A stretch of 31,803 nt of DNA from a bacterium. GTDB taxonomy: Bacteria > Desulfobacterota > DSWW01. The stretch is from the NCBI GenBank assembly GCA_040756235.1, contig JBFLZG010000067.1, forward strand, positions 1 through 31,803. Reading direction: 5' to 3'. Position 1 is the stretch's first letter, and each line of letters begins with the position of its first letter. This document shows, piece by piece, positions 17,553 to 26,416 of the stretch. The notes under the pieces are model-generated. The model saw only the letters and a list, made by a program, of their open reading frames with translations. It ran no database searches and was not told the origin of the DNA. Position numbers and translations under genes: made by a program.

Positions 17553-18923
17553 TTATTCCTTCGCCTCGTAGGTCTTTTCAATCAATTTCTTCTTCTTCAG
17601 GAAGCGCTCCAACGTCCTCGGAGGGACCCACGTGATCTGCGGCCGGATCTTGACCGCGCGGTGCATCTCCTCCAGGATCTCCTGCTCGAGCAGCTCCAGG
17701 CTGCCCGACGAGACGTCCCCGTATTCCACCTTGAGCTTGAGGGGCGGCACGACGCGCGGCGGCGGCTCGTCGAGCACGATGCGAAACTCGCCCGTCACAC
17801 GCGGCACGAAGCGGTTGATCACCCCTTCGATGGCCGGGGGATAGATCATCACCCCCTTCACCTTGAGCATGTCGTCGGTGCGGCCGATCACCTTGTAGCG
17901 CATCCCCGTCTTGCCGCACGGGCAGGGCGACGTGAAGACTTCCATGATGTCGCCCAGGGTCTGGCGGATGCCGAGCAGGGCGGTCCCATCCAGAATCGTG
18001 AACACGCCCAGCCCCGTGGCTCCGTCTTCCAGGGGAATCGGCTCCAGGGTCTGCTGGTTCACCAGCTCCAAGAGGACCAGATCGTCCGCAAGCCAGTGCA
18101 TGCCTTGGTACTCGGGGTAATCGCAGGAGCAGCCCAGTCCGGCGCCCAGGTCGTAGAGCCTGGCGTTGAAGGCGCTTTCGATCTTCCGGCGCACCGCCGG
18201 GATCCCCGCTCCCGGTTCTCCTCCGCAAATGATGGTCCGGATGCTCAGGGTGTTCGCGCCGAGGCCGAGAACCTCTTCCGCCTTCTCCGCCATGTACTCG
18301 GCAAAGGAAGGCGTACACAGCATGGCGCTCGGGCGGAACAGACGCGCATAGGTCAGCACCCGTTCCGTCCCGGCCTCCGCTCCCACCGGTATCGCGCAGG
18401 CCCCGTACTCGGCCATGGAAATGCACATGGGTACGCCCGCCAGGAACATGCTGAGCCCGAAGGCATGCAGGACCTTGTCGCCCGGGTAGACCCCGCTCCT
18501 CCACAGGGCCCTGGCGGAGTATTCGGTCCACAGCGCCAGATCGTCCCGGGTCATGGGATAAGGGGTGGGTTCTCCGGTGGTCCCGGAGGTGGCCGCAATA
18601 CAGCGCAGTCTGCCGGCTTCTTCTCCCATCCACCCCGCGAGGACCGATTCCATGTCGAATCCGTGCTCCGCGGCGTATTCGCGGAAGTCCTCCTTGGTCA
18701 GGATCGGGACCCGCCTGGCAAAATCGTCCCAGCTCCGCACGTCCGCGGGGCGCGTGCCGGCCCTGCGCAACCTCTCCTTCCAGAAGGGCGCGCCCTCACC
18801 GAGGACTTCGAGCTTCTTCTTCAGCTTGGTCCACTGCAGCTCCTTCATCTCGGAGGTGTTGAGCCTGGTCTCGACCGCCATGTTCCAGTAGGGATTTCTT
18901 GTCCCCGAGGTCTTGCTTGCCAT
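17553..18923 (-). CDS. Phenylacetate-CoA ligase family (PaaK-like) aryl/acyl-CoA ligase
   Basis: VPILTKEDFR, ATSGTTGEP, CTPSFA, GGEPG, CPCGKT, GRTDDMLKVKGVMIYP. Substrate not determinable from sequence. Confidence 0.92.
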   Translation of the reverse strand: MASKTSGTRNPYWNMAVETRLNTSEMKELQWTKLKKKLEVLGEGAPFWKERLRRAGTRPADVRSWDDFARRVPILTKEDFREYAAEHGFDMESVLAGWMGEEAGRLRCIAATSGTTGEPTPYPMTRDDLALWTEYSARALWRSGVYPGDKVLHAFGLSMFLAGVPMCISMAEYGACAIPVGAEAGTERVLTYARLFRPSAMLCTPSFAEYMAEKAEEVLGLGANTLSIRTIICGGEPGAGIPAVRRKIESAFNARLYDLGAGLGCSCDYPEYQGMHWLADDLVLLELVNQQTLEPIPLEDGATGLGVFTILDGTALLGIRQTLGDIMEVFTSPCPCGKTGMRYKVIGRTDDMLKVKGVMIYPPAIEGVINRFVPRVTGEFRIVLDEPPPRVVPPLKLKVEYGDVSSGSLELLEQEILEEMHRAVKIRPQITWVPPRTLERFLKKKKLIEKTYEAKE

Positions 18924-18946
18924 GTTCCCCTCGCGTTTCAGCCTGG

Positions 18947-18973
18947 CAGGGGCGTATGGTCATACGCCCCTAC
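18947..18973 (-). repeat. GTAG-type REP hairpin in the 5' leader of the CoA ligase
   Basis: Minus strand GTAGGGGCGTATGACCATACGCCCCTG: GTAG followed by a GC-rich palindrome. Confidence 0.65.
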
Positions 18974-19006
18974 AATCCGAGTGCGAGCCTGCCTGGAAGC
19001 GAGCCA

Positions 19007-19022
19007 GGCAAGAGGCGTGCCT
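19007..19022 (-). promoter_or_regulatory. Sigma-54 promoter for the CoA ligase-oxidoreductase operon
   Basis: Minus strand aGGCACGcctcTTGCc with exact -24/-12 spacing; divergent gene is an enhancer-binding protein. Confidence 0.85.
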
Positions 19023-19095
19023 GCAGGCGGCCGTGCGTAGGTGCCGAGAATGCTTGCCTTCTCGGAAGGTCCCCTGCTTGCCGGTCCTGTGTTCG

Positions 19096-19130
19096 CGTCT
19101 GCATTTGGACACGGTGTCTACATACGGACG
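19096..19130. promoter_or_regulatory. Tandem candidate enhancer (UAS) sites
   Basis: CGTCTGCATTTGGACA (19096-19111) and TGTCTACATACGGACG (19115-19130), both fitting the dyad YGTCTR-N4-YGGACR, about 100-135 bp upstream of the sigma-54 start. Confidence 0.65.
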
Positions 19131-19208
19131 CTTTTTTGTTGACTCCTCACCCTGCCGCGCGGCTAAGATGGGCCTGTCCTCGACAGGCCCGAAAGACGCA
19201 GGTGCTCC

Positions 19209-21971
19209 ATGCTCCAGGAATATGATCTGGCGAACACGGCGCTGAGAAATCGTGACTACGACGCGGCCATCCGGTACTTCAAGCAGGCTGCGGCACGGCA
19301 CTCGGGGTTGCTGGGACACAAGGAGTCCGACGCTCAGCTCATCAGCGAGACCCTGCGATTGGCCAGCTTGTGTTTCTATGTCGGAAGGAATCTGGCCGAC
19401 GTCCCTCCGCTGCTGGAGAAAGCCCGTTCGGTTGCGGACCGGCTGGGCGATCGACGGTCTCGAGCTCTCATCGACCTCAACCTGGGCCTGTGTTTCTACT
19501 TTGCCGAGCGCCGGTCCGAAGCCTTTGCCGCCTTGTCCGCGGGTCGGGCCGAGGTCGAGGAATTGGGGGATGAAGACATCCTGTCGCGATCTGCCGAGCT
19601 CCTGGGGCTCTATTTCATGATGCAAGGCAAACACCGCGATGCGGTTCAGCACCTGGAGCGGGCGGTGCAGGAAGCGGAAGGACTGGAGGGAAGGCTGCTC
19701 CATCCCCTTGCGCCTTTCATTCTGGGCTTCTGCGAGGCCTATCTTGGCCGGTTTCATCGGGCCGTCGGAATCCTGGACAGCCACTGGCGCCGTGCCGAGC
19801 TGGAGCTCCATCCGAATCTGGCTACGACGTTGAGAGCGACCTTGGGCCACATGTTGCTCGCGGTCAACAAGAAAAGGGCGGCCTTGTTCCACCTCCACGG
19901 CGCTCTGCGAGAGTCCAAGGACAACCAGAACGCCCTCTCCTGCTACATCGCCCGGATGGGTCTCGCCTATCACCACTTCCTGGAAGGCCGCTTGCGTGAG
20001 GCGCGCGACACCCTGGCGCGAGCCCAGGCGGAAGTCGTACAGGCCGGCATCGTTCGCCAATACCACTCCCCCTGGTACCTGGAGATGATCTTCGAATTCG
20101 AGCGGTCCGGATACGGACCGCTGCCCGAGCTCAGCTTCCAGTCGCAGGTGGAAAAGATCATGAGAGAACCGAACATCCACCTGCGCGGCGTCGCCCTGCG
20201 GCTCAAGGCCCGGGAGGCGGCAGGCAAAGGGACGGACCAGACCTGCATCGAGCCGGATCTCGCGGAAAGCGAGGCCTGCCTCATGGCCTCGGGCGATCCG
20301 GTGCAGCTGGCCAAGACCCGCCTGGAAATGGCTCGTCTGAAGCTCGACGGAGGCGATCGGGAGAGAGCCTGTGCCCTGGCTCAGCAAGCCTGGGAGGGAC
20401 TGTCGGGATACGCCGACGAGCTTTTCCCGGACGACCTGCGATTCCTGCTGGAAGGCAGGGGCGGGAAGCGGCTGTGCGGAAGTTCGAAGGCCGCGGAGAT
20501 CTTTCTCGACCGGTTTCTCGATCTGATGGAGGATCTGGTCCCCAGCCCGGACCCGAAGCAGCTGCTGGCCCGGGCCGTGACCGCGACCAACCGTTTTTTC
20601 GGGGCCGAGCGAGGAGGTCTGTTCTGGTTCAAGGGGGCGCACCCGAACGAGAAGCCCCTGCTGCGGGCAAGCGTGAATCTGACCCAGGCGGACGTGGGCT
20701 CGAGGCGATTCAGCACCAGCCTCGGGCTGATTCGCAGATCCTTCATGGAAAACCGGCCGCTGGTCGTTCGACCCAAACGAGCGGGTCAGAGGAACCACGA
20801 GTACGGCGCCCTGGCCATCCTCTGTCTGCCTTTCGAGGCGGGGGGGCGCGTGCGCGGGGTGCTCTACCACGACAATTCCTACCTCGACGACTGCTTCGAC
20901 TTCGTCGAAGGGCCTCTGCTGCTGCGCATGGTGCGCCACATGAGCGTCCTCATCGATCGCATTCGGAGCTACGGGCGAACGGCGAGAGAGAAGGAACGCC
21001 TGGCGCAAGAAATACGGGTCGAGCCGCCCCGGTCCGCCGCGGGGGAGATCGTGGCGCGGAGCCCGGTCATGATGCGGTTGCTGTCCCAGGCGGACCGCAT
21101 CGCCGCGTCCGAATCGATCGTCCTGCTGCTCGGCGAGACCGGCGTCGGCAAGGAGCTCTTCTCCCGCAGGATCCACAAGATGAGCCCGCGCCGGGAGGGC
21201 CCTTACGTGATCGTTGACGCGGCCGCCTTGCCTGGCAGCCTCGTTGAAAGCGAGCTGTTCGGCCATGAAAAGGGAGCGTTCACCGGGGCGGATCGCCAGA
21301 AGCTGGGACGCATCGAAATGGCCGATGCGGGGACGCTGGTGCTGGATGAGGTCGGTGAGATCCCGTTATCTGTTCAGGCCAAGCTCCTCAGGGTGTTGGA
21401 AGAGAAGACTTTCGTCCGCCTCGGAGGGACCCGCGCCTGGGTCTGCGATTTCCGCCTGATCGCCGCGAGCAACCGCAACCTCGCGGACGAGGTTGCCGCA
21501 GGCCGGTTTCGTGAGGATCTGTACTACCGCCTGAACGTCGTGCCCTTGAAGATCCCGCCCTTGCGGGAAAGAGGCGAGGACGCGGTCTTGCTGGCCCATC
21601 ACTTCCTGGATGCCTACGCCAGGCGGTTCGGCCGCCCCGGTCTCGAGCTGACCCCCGAAGACGAGGCGATGCTCGCAAGCTATCCCTGGCCCGGCAATGT
21701 GCGCGAGCTGAGAAACGTCATCGAGCGCGCCGTGCTGCTGAGCGCGGGCAGCCGGCTGGTGCTGAACCTGCCGCTTGCGCCCAAGTCCTTAGAACGCCAT
21801 CCGTTTCAGGACGACCCCACCCTGGACGAGCTCGAGCGCCTTTACATACAACGTGTGCTGAAGAAGACGGGTGGTCGAATCGGAGGCCCCGGAGGTGCGG
21901 CCGAGATCCTCGGCCTGAAGAGGACGAGCGTCTATAACCGCTTGAAGAAGCTCGGCTTGACAGGCTGTTGA
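19209..21971 (+). CDS. Sigma-54 enhancer-binding protein with N-terminal TPR-like region and GAF domain
   Basis: Helical-repeat N-terminus; GAF (FFGAERGGLF...LCLPF...RGVLYHDN); GETGVGKE, ESELFGHEKGAFTGA, LDEVGE, FREDLYYRLNV, WPGNVREL; HTH GAAEILGLKRTSVYNRLKKLG. Confidence 0.93.
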   Translation: MLQEYDLANTALRNRDYDAAIRYFKQAAARHSGLLGHKESDAQLISETLRLASLCFYVGRNLADVPPLLEKARSVADRLGDRRSRALIDLNLGLCFYFAERRSEAFAALSAGRAEVEELGDEDILSRSAELLGLYFMMQGKHRDAVQHLERAVQEAEGLEGRLLHPLAPFILGFCEAYLGRFHRAVGILDSHWRRAELELHPNLATTLRATLGHMLLAVNKKRAALFHLHGALRESKDNQNALSCYIARMGLAYHHFLEGRLREARDTLARAQAEVVQAGIVRQYHSPWYLEMIFEFERSGYGPLPELSFQSQVEKIMREPNIHLRGVALRLKAREAAGKGTDQTCIEPDLAESEACLMASGDPVQLAKTRLEMARLKLDGGDRERACALAQQAWEGLSGYADELFPDDLRFLLEGRGGKRLCGSSKAAEIFLDRFLDLMEDLVPSPDPKQLLARAVTATNRFFGAERGGLFWFKGAHPNEKPLLRASVNLTQADVGSRRFSTSLGLIRRSFMENRPLVVRPKRAGQRNHEYGALAILCLPFEAGGRVRGVLYHDNSYLDDCFDFVEGPLLLRMVRHMSVLIDRIRSYGRTAREKERLAQEIRVEPPRSAAGEIVARSPVMMRLLSQADRIAASESIVLLLGETGVGKELFSRRIHKMSPRREGPYVIVDAAALPGSLVESELFGHEKGAFTGADRQKLGRIEMADAGTLVLDEVGEIPLSVQAKLLRVLEEKTFVRLGGTRAWVCDFRLIAASNRNLADEVAAGRFREDLYYRLNVVPLKIPPLRERGEDAVLLAHHFLDAYARRFGRPGLELTPEDEAMLASYPWPGNVRELRNVIERAVLLSAGSRLVLNLPLAPKSLERHPFQDDPTLDELERLYIQRVLKKTGGRIGGPGGAAEILGLKRTSVYNRLKKLGLTGC

Positions 21972-22032
21972 AAAACGCCCATCTGCTGCGTTCGGCTCCT
22001 TCCCGGTACCTTCGTTCCAGCCGCAACGGGTA
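21962..22032. repeat. Partial copy (end) of the MITE-like family; supplies the stop codon of the upstream regulator
   Basis: AGGCTGTTGAAAAACGCCCATCTGCTGCGTT resembles GAGCCTGTCCCAAAACGCCCATCTGCGGCGTT at 31616. The right boundary is approximate. Confidence 0.7.
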
Positions 22033-22052
22033 CAAGAACAAGGAGGGGAAAT

Positions 22053-24338
22053 ATGGAGCAGGATCTATCGCTCAACAAGCTCAAGTGGGCGGCGATTGCG
22101 AGCTTCATCGTGGCCCTGGTCGGGCTGATCCTGGGGGGCATCTTTGCCAGAGACGACGTGCCGCCTTATCCGGGCAGGGTCGTGGACCCGGAGGGGCAGC
22201 TGCTGTTCGAGAGGGCAGACATCCTGAAGGGGCAGGACGTGTACCAGCGTTACGGCCTGATGGACCACGGCAGCATCTGGGGACACGGCTCTCAGCGCGG
22301 CATGGAGTTTTCCGCCACCACCCTGCACCTGATGTCGGAGTGGGTGACCCAGCAGATCGCCCGGCGGGAGTACGGAAAGCCTTACGCCGAGCTGGACGAC
22401 TTGCAGAAGAAGATGGTTGCCGTCCACACGATCGTTGAGATCAAGGAGAACCGCTATGATGCGGCCTCCGACACCCTGACCCTGACCGCCGCCCAGGCCC
22501 GGGCGCTGGAGAACATCACCGGCTTCTGGCAGGGGACCTTCGAGCTGGGGGAAAGGCGCTACGGGTTCCTGCCCGGCACGATCCGCTCTGCCGAGGAGCG
22601 TCTCCAGATCTCGCGATTCTTCTTCTGGACAGCCTGGGTCGCCTCGACGCTCCGTCCCGGCAAGGACTACACCTACACGAACAGTTGGCCGGCGGACCGA
22701 AGCGTGGGGAATGTTCCGGCCGCGGGCGTGTACCTCTGGTCGCTCGGGGGAATCGTCTCTCTGTTCGTCGTCCTGGGAATCTTCATCTACATGGTCCATC
22801 GATTCGGCATCTGGTACGGGGCCGCCAGGGGTCTCGAGCTTTCCGAAAAGATGATCGATATGCCGCTGACCGCCAGCCAGCTCAGGGCTGCCAAGTATTT
22901 CCTGGTGGTCATCCTCCTGTTCCTGGTCCAGACGAGCTTCGGCGGCCTTCTGGCGCACTACACGGTGCATCCGGGCAGCTTCTTCCTGCCGGTGGTGGCC
23001 AAGATCATCCCGTACAGCTGGGCCAAGAGCTGGCATCTGCAGTTGGCGATCTTCTGGATCGCCACGACCTGGGTGGCCTCGGCCATCTATCTGGCTCCGA
23101 TCATCGGCGGGGTCGAGCCGCGCCGCCAGGGTCTGCTGGTTCAGATCCTGTTCGCCGCCATCCTGCTGGTGGCGGCAGGAAGCCTGGCAGGCGAGATCGC
23201 CGGCATCAAGGGCGCTCTTGGAAATCTGTGGTTCTGGGTCGGCCATCAGGGCTGGGAGTACCTGGAGCTGGGGCGCTTGTGGCAGATCCTGCTGTTCGTC
23301 GGCCTGATCGCCTGGCTGCTCGTCGTCTACCGGGCGGTGGGCCACCATTTCACCCGCAGCCGGGGGGACTTCAGCGCCCTGGTCGTGTTCTACGTCCTGG
23401 CCGCAATCCTGGTCGTCGCTTTCTTCGGGTTCGGCTTGTTTTACGGCCGTGGCTCCCACCTGACGGTGGCCGACTACTGGAGATGGTTCGTGGTGCACGT
23501 CTGGGTGGAGAGCATCTTCGAGCTGTTCGGGATCGCCGCGATCTCTCTGCTCCTGGTCGCCATGGGCCTGGCGAGCGCGCGGGCCGCCCTGATGGTCAAC
23601 TACTTCACCATCGCCATCGTTTTTTTCAGCGGCATCCTGGGCACCTCGCACCACTATTTCTGGTACGGAGGCCCTGCCTTCTGGTTGGGTATGGGCGCCG
23701 TGTTCTCTTCCTTGGAACCGGTGCCGCTGTTCGGGCTCATCGTGCGAGGTCTGATGGAATACCGCTCCATCCGCCGTGAGGGAATGGAGTTTCCTTACAA
23801 GTGGCCGATGCTCTTTCTGGTGGCCTCGGCTTTCTGGAATTTTCTGGGCGCGGGCGTTTACGGCTTCCTCATCAACCTGCCGATCATCAACTACTACGAA
23901 CACGGGACCTATCTGACCATGAACCACGGGCACGCCGCGCTGTTCGGGGTCTACGGAACGCTTTCCATCGGGCTGCTGCTGTTCGCCTGGCGCGGACTGG
24001 TCAGGCGGGAGCGCTGGAACGACCGGTTGCTCAAGCTCTCGTTCTGGGGAATGAACGTAGGCCTGATGCTGCTCACCCTGGGGACGCTCCTCCCCATCGG
24101 GGTGGTCCAGGCGTGGGTCAGCTACCGGGACGGGCTGTGGATGGCGCGGGACGCCTCTTTCTTCGAGAGCGGTCTGGTCTCCACGATCGGCACCCTGCGG
24201 TTCATCCCGGACCTGACGATCATTCTCCTTGGCGTGCTGCCCCTCGCGTACTTCCTGTTCACGACCTATCCCCACCTCAAGGCCGAGGGGATCGCCGAAG
24301 GAGAGCCGATTTGGGACCGTCTCGGCCTGAAGCTCTGA
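22053..24338 (+). CDS. norZ: Quinol-dependent nitric oxide reductase (qNOR, NorZ-type)
   Basis: GLMDHGSIWGHG, FFFWTAW....RPG..YTYTNSWP, WHLQLAIFW, QGWEYLELGRLWQ, WRWFVVHVWVE, GTSHH, SSLEPVP, FWNFLGAG..GF.IN.P..NYYEHG...T.NHGHAALFGVYG; AAGGAGG SD. Confidence 0.95.
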   Translation: MEQDLSLNKLKWAAIASFIVALVGLILGGIFARDDVPPYPGRVVDPEGQLLFERADILKGQDVYQRYGLMDHGSIWGHGSQRGMEFSATTLHLMSEWVTQQIARREYGKPYAELDDLQKKMVAVHTIVEIKENRYDAASDTLTLTAAQARALENITGFWQGTFELGERRYGFLPGTIRSAEERLQISRFFFWTAWVASTLRPGKDYTYTNSWPADRSVGNVPAAGVYLWSLGGIVSLFVVLGIFIYMVHRFGIWYGAARGLELSEKMIDMPLTASQLRAAKYFLVVILLFLVQTSFGGLLAHYTVHPGSFFLPVVAKIIPYSWAKSWHLQLAIFWIATTWVASAIYLAPIIGGVEPRRQGLLVQILFAAILLVAAGSLAGEIAGIKGALGNLWFWVGHQGWEYLELGRLWQILLFVGLIAWLLVVYRAVGHHFTRSRGDFSALVVFYVLAAILVVAFFGFGLFYGRGSHLTVADYWRWFVVHVWVESIFELFGIAAISLLLVAMGLASARAALMVNYFTIAIVFFSGILGTSHHYFWYGGPAFWLGMGAVFSSLEPVPLFGLIVRGLMEYRSIRREGMEFPYKWPMLFLVASAFWNFLGAGVYGFLINLPIINYYEHGTYLTMNHGHAALFGVYGTLSIGLLLFAWRGLVRRERWNDRLLKLSFWGMNVGLMLLTLGTLLPIGVVQAWVSYRDGLWMARDASFFESGLVSTIGTLRFIPDLTIILLGVLPLAYFLFTTYPHLKAEGIAEGEPIWDRLGLKL

Positions 24339-24339
24339 G

Positions 24340-24368
24340 AGGGCGTTGAAAAAGGCCCATCTGCTGCG
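24340..24368. repeat. Partial copy (end) of the MITE-like family, immediately after the qNOR stop
   Basis: AGGGCGTTGAAAAAGGCCCATCTGCTGCG is 26/29 identical to 21962-21990, same orientation. Confidence 0.7.
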
Positions 24369-24387
24369 CGCGCATCTCCCTCAAGCC

Positions 24388-24453
24388 AGGTCAAAGGTCA
24401 AGGGGAAGCAGGGGCGAAAAATTTTTCGCCCCTGCTCGTCTTGCCTTTCACCT
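24388..24453. repeat. REP-like long hairpin with a perfect 30-bp palindromic core; possible terminator or RNA stabiliser
   Basis: AGCAGGGGCGAAAAATTTTTCGCCCCTGCT (24407-24436) is a perfect palindrome; flanks AGGTCAAAGGTCAAG / CTTGCCTTTCACCT extend the stem imperfectly. Confidence 0.7.
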
Positions 24454-24701
24454 TGGGCCTTCCAGAGCGCTCCAATTTGTGTCACGAGTGCCGATTCTCG
24501 CTCCCGCCAGGTGGATTCCTGCCCCCGGAGCTTGCAGGAACGGAATGCGTCTGCGCGGAGTTCGTGCCGGGGTCTGCGGCCGCCGCTTCAGGGCATGTTC
24601 ATTGCTTCATGGAGGGCAGCAGAGATCCACCGGATGGCGTGCTCCGGGTCTCGAGGCTGCGCTTCAGACGATCGCCGGTCCATTCACGAGGGGGGGACAC
24701 C

Positions 24702-26408
24702 ATGAAACGCTGCTGGATGCCGTTTTCTTTGGGATGTCTGTGCTTTCTCTGCGCTCTCCTGTTTCCTTTCCGGGCCGCCGGCGGCCCGGCCGATCCGGGG
24801 CCGGAGTTTCTGGTCAGCACCGCCACCGGGAAAGCCTATCGCGCCTTGGCTGCTGAAGACGGCTCTCTGGTGTCGATGGCTCAGGTGGAGAGCGCCACCT
24901 GGGTCGGCAGCGGGTGCAACGGGATCGGTCTCGGGGACTTCGACCAGGACGGGATCACCGACTACCTGATCGGCGGCCGGCTCAAGACGCAGCCCCGGCC
25001 GGTCATCGAGCTCCATCGCGGTCTCGGAGACGGGAGCTTCGCGCCCGGAACCACGGTCGGCCCTCAGAACGGTTGGGGCTCCTGTACGTCGGTGCTCGTC
25101 ATGGACTTCGCGGTAGCGGACTACAATCGTGACGGATGGCTCGACTTCGCCGTGAACAACTACTGCGGGAAGAAGGCGCACGTCTTTCTCGGGGGCGGCG
25201 ACGGGACCTTCTACGAAGTCTTCTCGTGGAGCATGTCTTTCTACGCCGTGGGCATGGATGCCGAAGACCTGGACGGCGACGGCAACATGGATTTCGTCGC
25301 GGTGAGCTGGGACAGCTCGTTACGGAATCCGGGTCTCTGGATCGAGGTATTCCTCGGGGATGGCGCCGGCGGATTCGATCCGTATGCCTACCTCTTGGAC
25401 TCCCCTTACACCAGCGGCAACCCGGCCGCCGTGACCCGGGGCATCGCGCTCGACGATTTCGATTTCGACGGAGTGGCGGATCTCGTGGCAAGCTGTGATC
25501 GACCGTCCTCCAGCGGATACAACTTGCTCAGTTTCTACAAAGGCCTCGGAGACGGCACGTTCCGGGCGGCCCCCGTGGTCAGCGGCCCTGCCACCAAGGG
25601 GGCCGGTGCTTACGCGCAGACGCAGACCGTCCTGGCCGCGCTGGACGCGGAGGACTTGAACGGAGACGGTTTCCCCGACGTGGTCGCGCCTCAATACTAT
25701 CGTCCCGAGGTCACGTTGTATCTCGGCCAGGGAGACGGGACTTTTGTCCTGTCTCAGAGCCTGGCCTTCGACGGCTCCGGAGCGCCTCCCACCGGGATCT
25801 CGACCCTTCCGCTGCAGCCCGCGAATGAGCCGCCGGTTGCCGACGCCGGCGGGCCGTACTACGGCTCGACGGATGAGGTGCTGCTCGATGTCCGGCCGGA
25901 CACATTCAACAGGAGGGCGAACGGACGGTGGGTGACGGCCTACATCCAGGCGGATCCGGAAGGGGACGCACGAATCCTTCTCGATGGTGCCGGCTCCTTC
26001 GACCCGGATGGGGACCCGCTCACCTACCTGTGGACCGTCAGCGATGGTGAGGGCCTTTCCTTCACCCTGGAAGGCGTGCAGCCTTACGCGGATCTGCCTC
26101 CGGGCCTGTATACCGTGGAGCTGGTGGTGGGAGACGGACAGGCCGCATCCGAGCCTTCCTCCGTCCTCCTCCAGGTCGACCTGCTCGATGAGGCGGACCT
26201 TATGGCAGAAACCCTGTTGTTGAACGGCGTGCCGGGCAGCCGCGCAAGCCTGGAGGATTCGGTGCTCGCGGTGAAATTCGACCGCAGCGCCTTCGGCAGC
26301 ACCGTCGAAATGGGCGAGCAGGTGGCCGTGGTGTTGACCGGGAGCGCCTCCGGGCAGGATTTCATCCGGGTCATCGATCCCGGCGGGCATGCCTCCCGAA
26401 AACGATAG
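24702..26408 (+). CDS. Secreted FG-GAP/VCBS repeat (beta-propeller) protein with PKD-like and C-terminal Ig-like domains
   Basis: Signal peptide MKRCW...FRAAG; five DxDxDGxxD repeats (DFDQDGITD, DYNRDGWLD, DLDGDGNMD, DFDFDGVAD, DLNGDGFPD) each followed by a GxGDG.F-type motif; PPVADAGGPY and SFDPDGDPLTYLW; G-rich SD before ATG 24702. Confidence 0.88.
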   Translation: MKRCWMPFSLGCLCFLCALLFPFRAAGGPADPGPEFLVSTATGKAYRALAAEDGSLVSMAQVESATWVGSGCNGIGLGDFDQDGITDYLIGGRLKTQPRPVIELHRGLGDGSFAPGTTVGPQNGWGSCTSVLVMDFAVADYNRDGWLDFAVNNYCGKKAHVFLGGGDGTFYEVFSWSMSFYAVGMDAEDLDGDGNMDFVAVSWDSSLRNPGLWIEVFLGDGAGGFDPYAYLLDSPYTSGNPAAVTRGIALDDFDFDGVADLVASCDRPSSSGYNLLSFYKGLGDGTFRAAPVVSGPATKGAGAYAQTQTVLAALDAEDLNGDGFPDVVAPQYYRPEVTLYLGQGDGTFVLSQSLAFDGSGAPPTGISTLPLQPANEPPVADAGGPYYGSTDEVLLDVRPDTFNRRANGRWVTAYIQADPEGDARILLDGAGSFDPDGDPLTYLWTVSDGEGLSFTLEGVQPYADLPPGLYTVELVVGDGQAASEPSSVLLQVDLLDEADLMAETLLLNGVPGSRASLEDSVLAVKFDRSAFGSTVEMGEQVAVVLTGSASGQDFIRVIDPGGHASRKR

Positions 26409-26416
26409 CCGCAGAG

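Noticed and set aside
19139..19169. Sigma-70 promoter TTGACT...TAAGAT for the EBP gene
   Set aside because: The 19-bp spacer is marginal, so it is not reported as a feature.
22053..24338. Possible NO dismutase (NOD) rather than qNOR
   Set aside because: All non-heme iron His ligands (HVWVE, GTSHH), the catalytic Glu residues (WVE, SLEP) and the quinol-site His/Asp (LLAHY, RFIPD) are retained, as in canonical qNOR.
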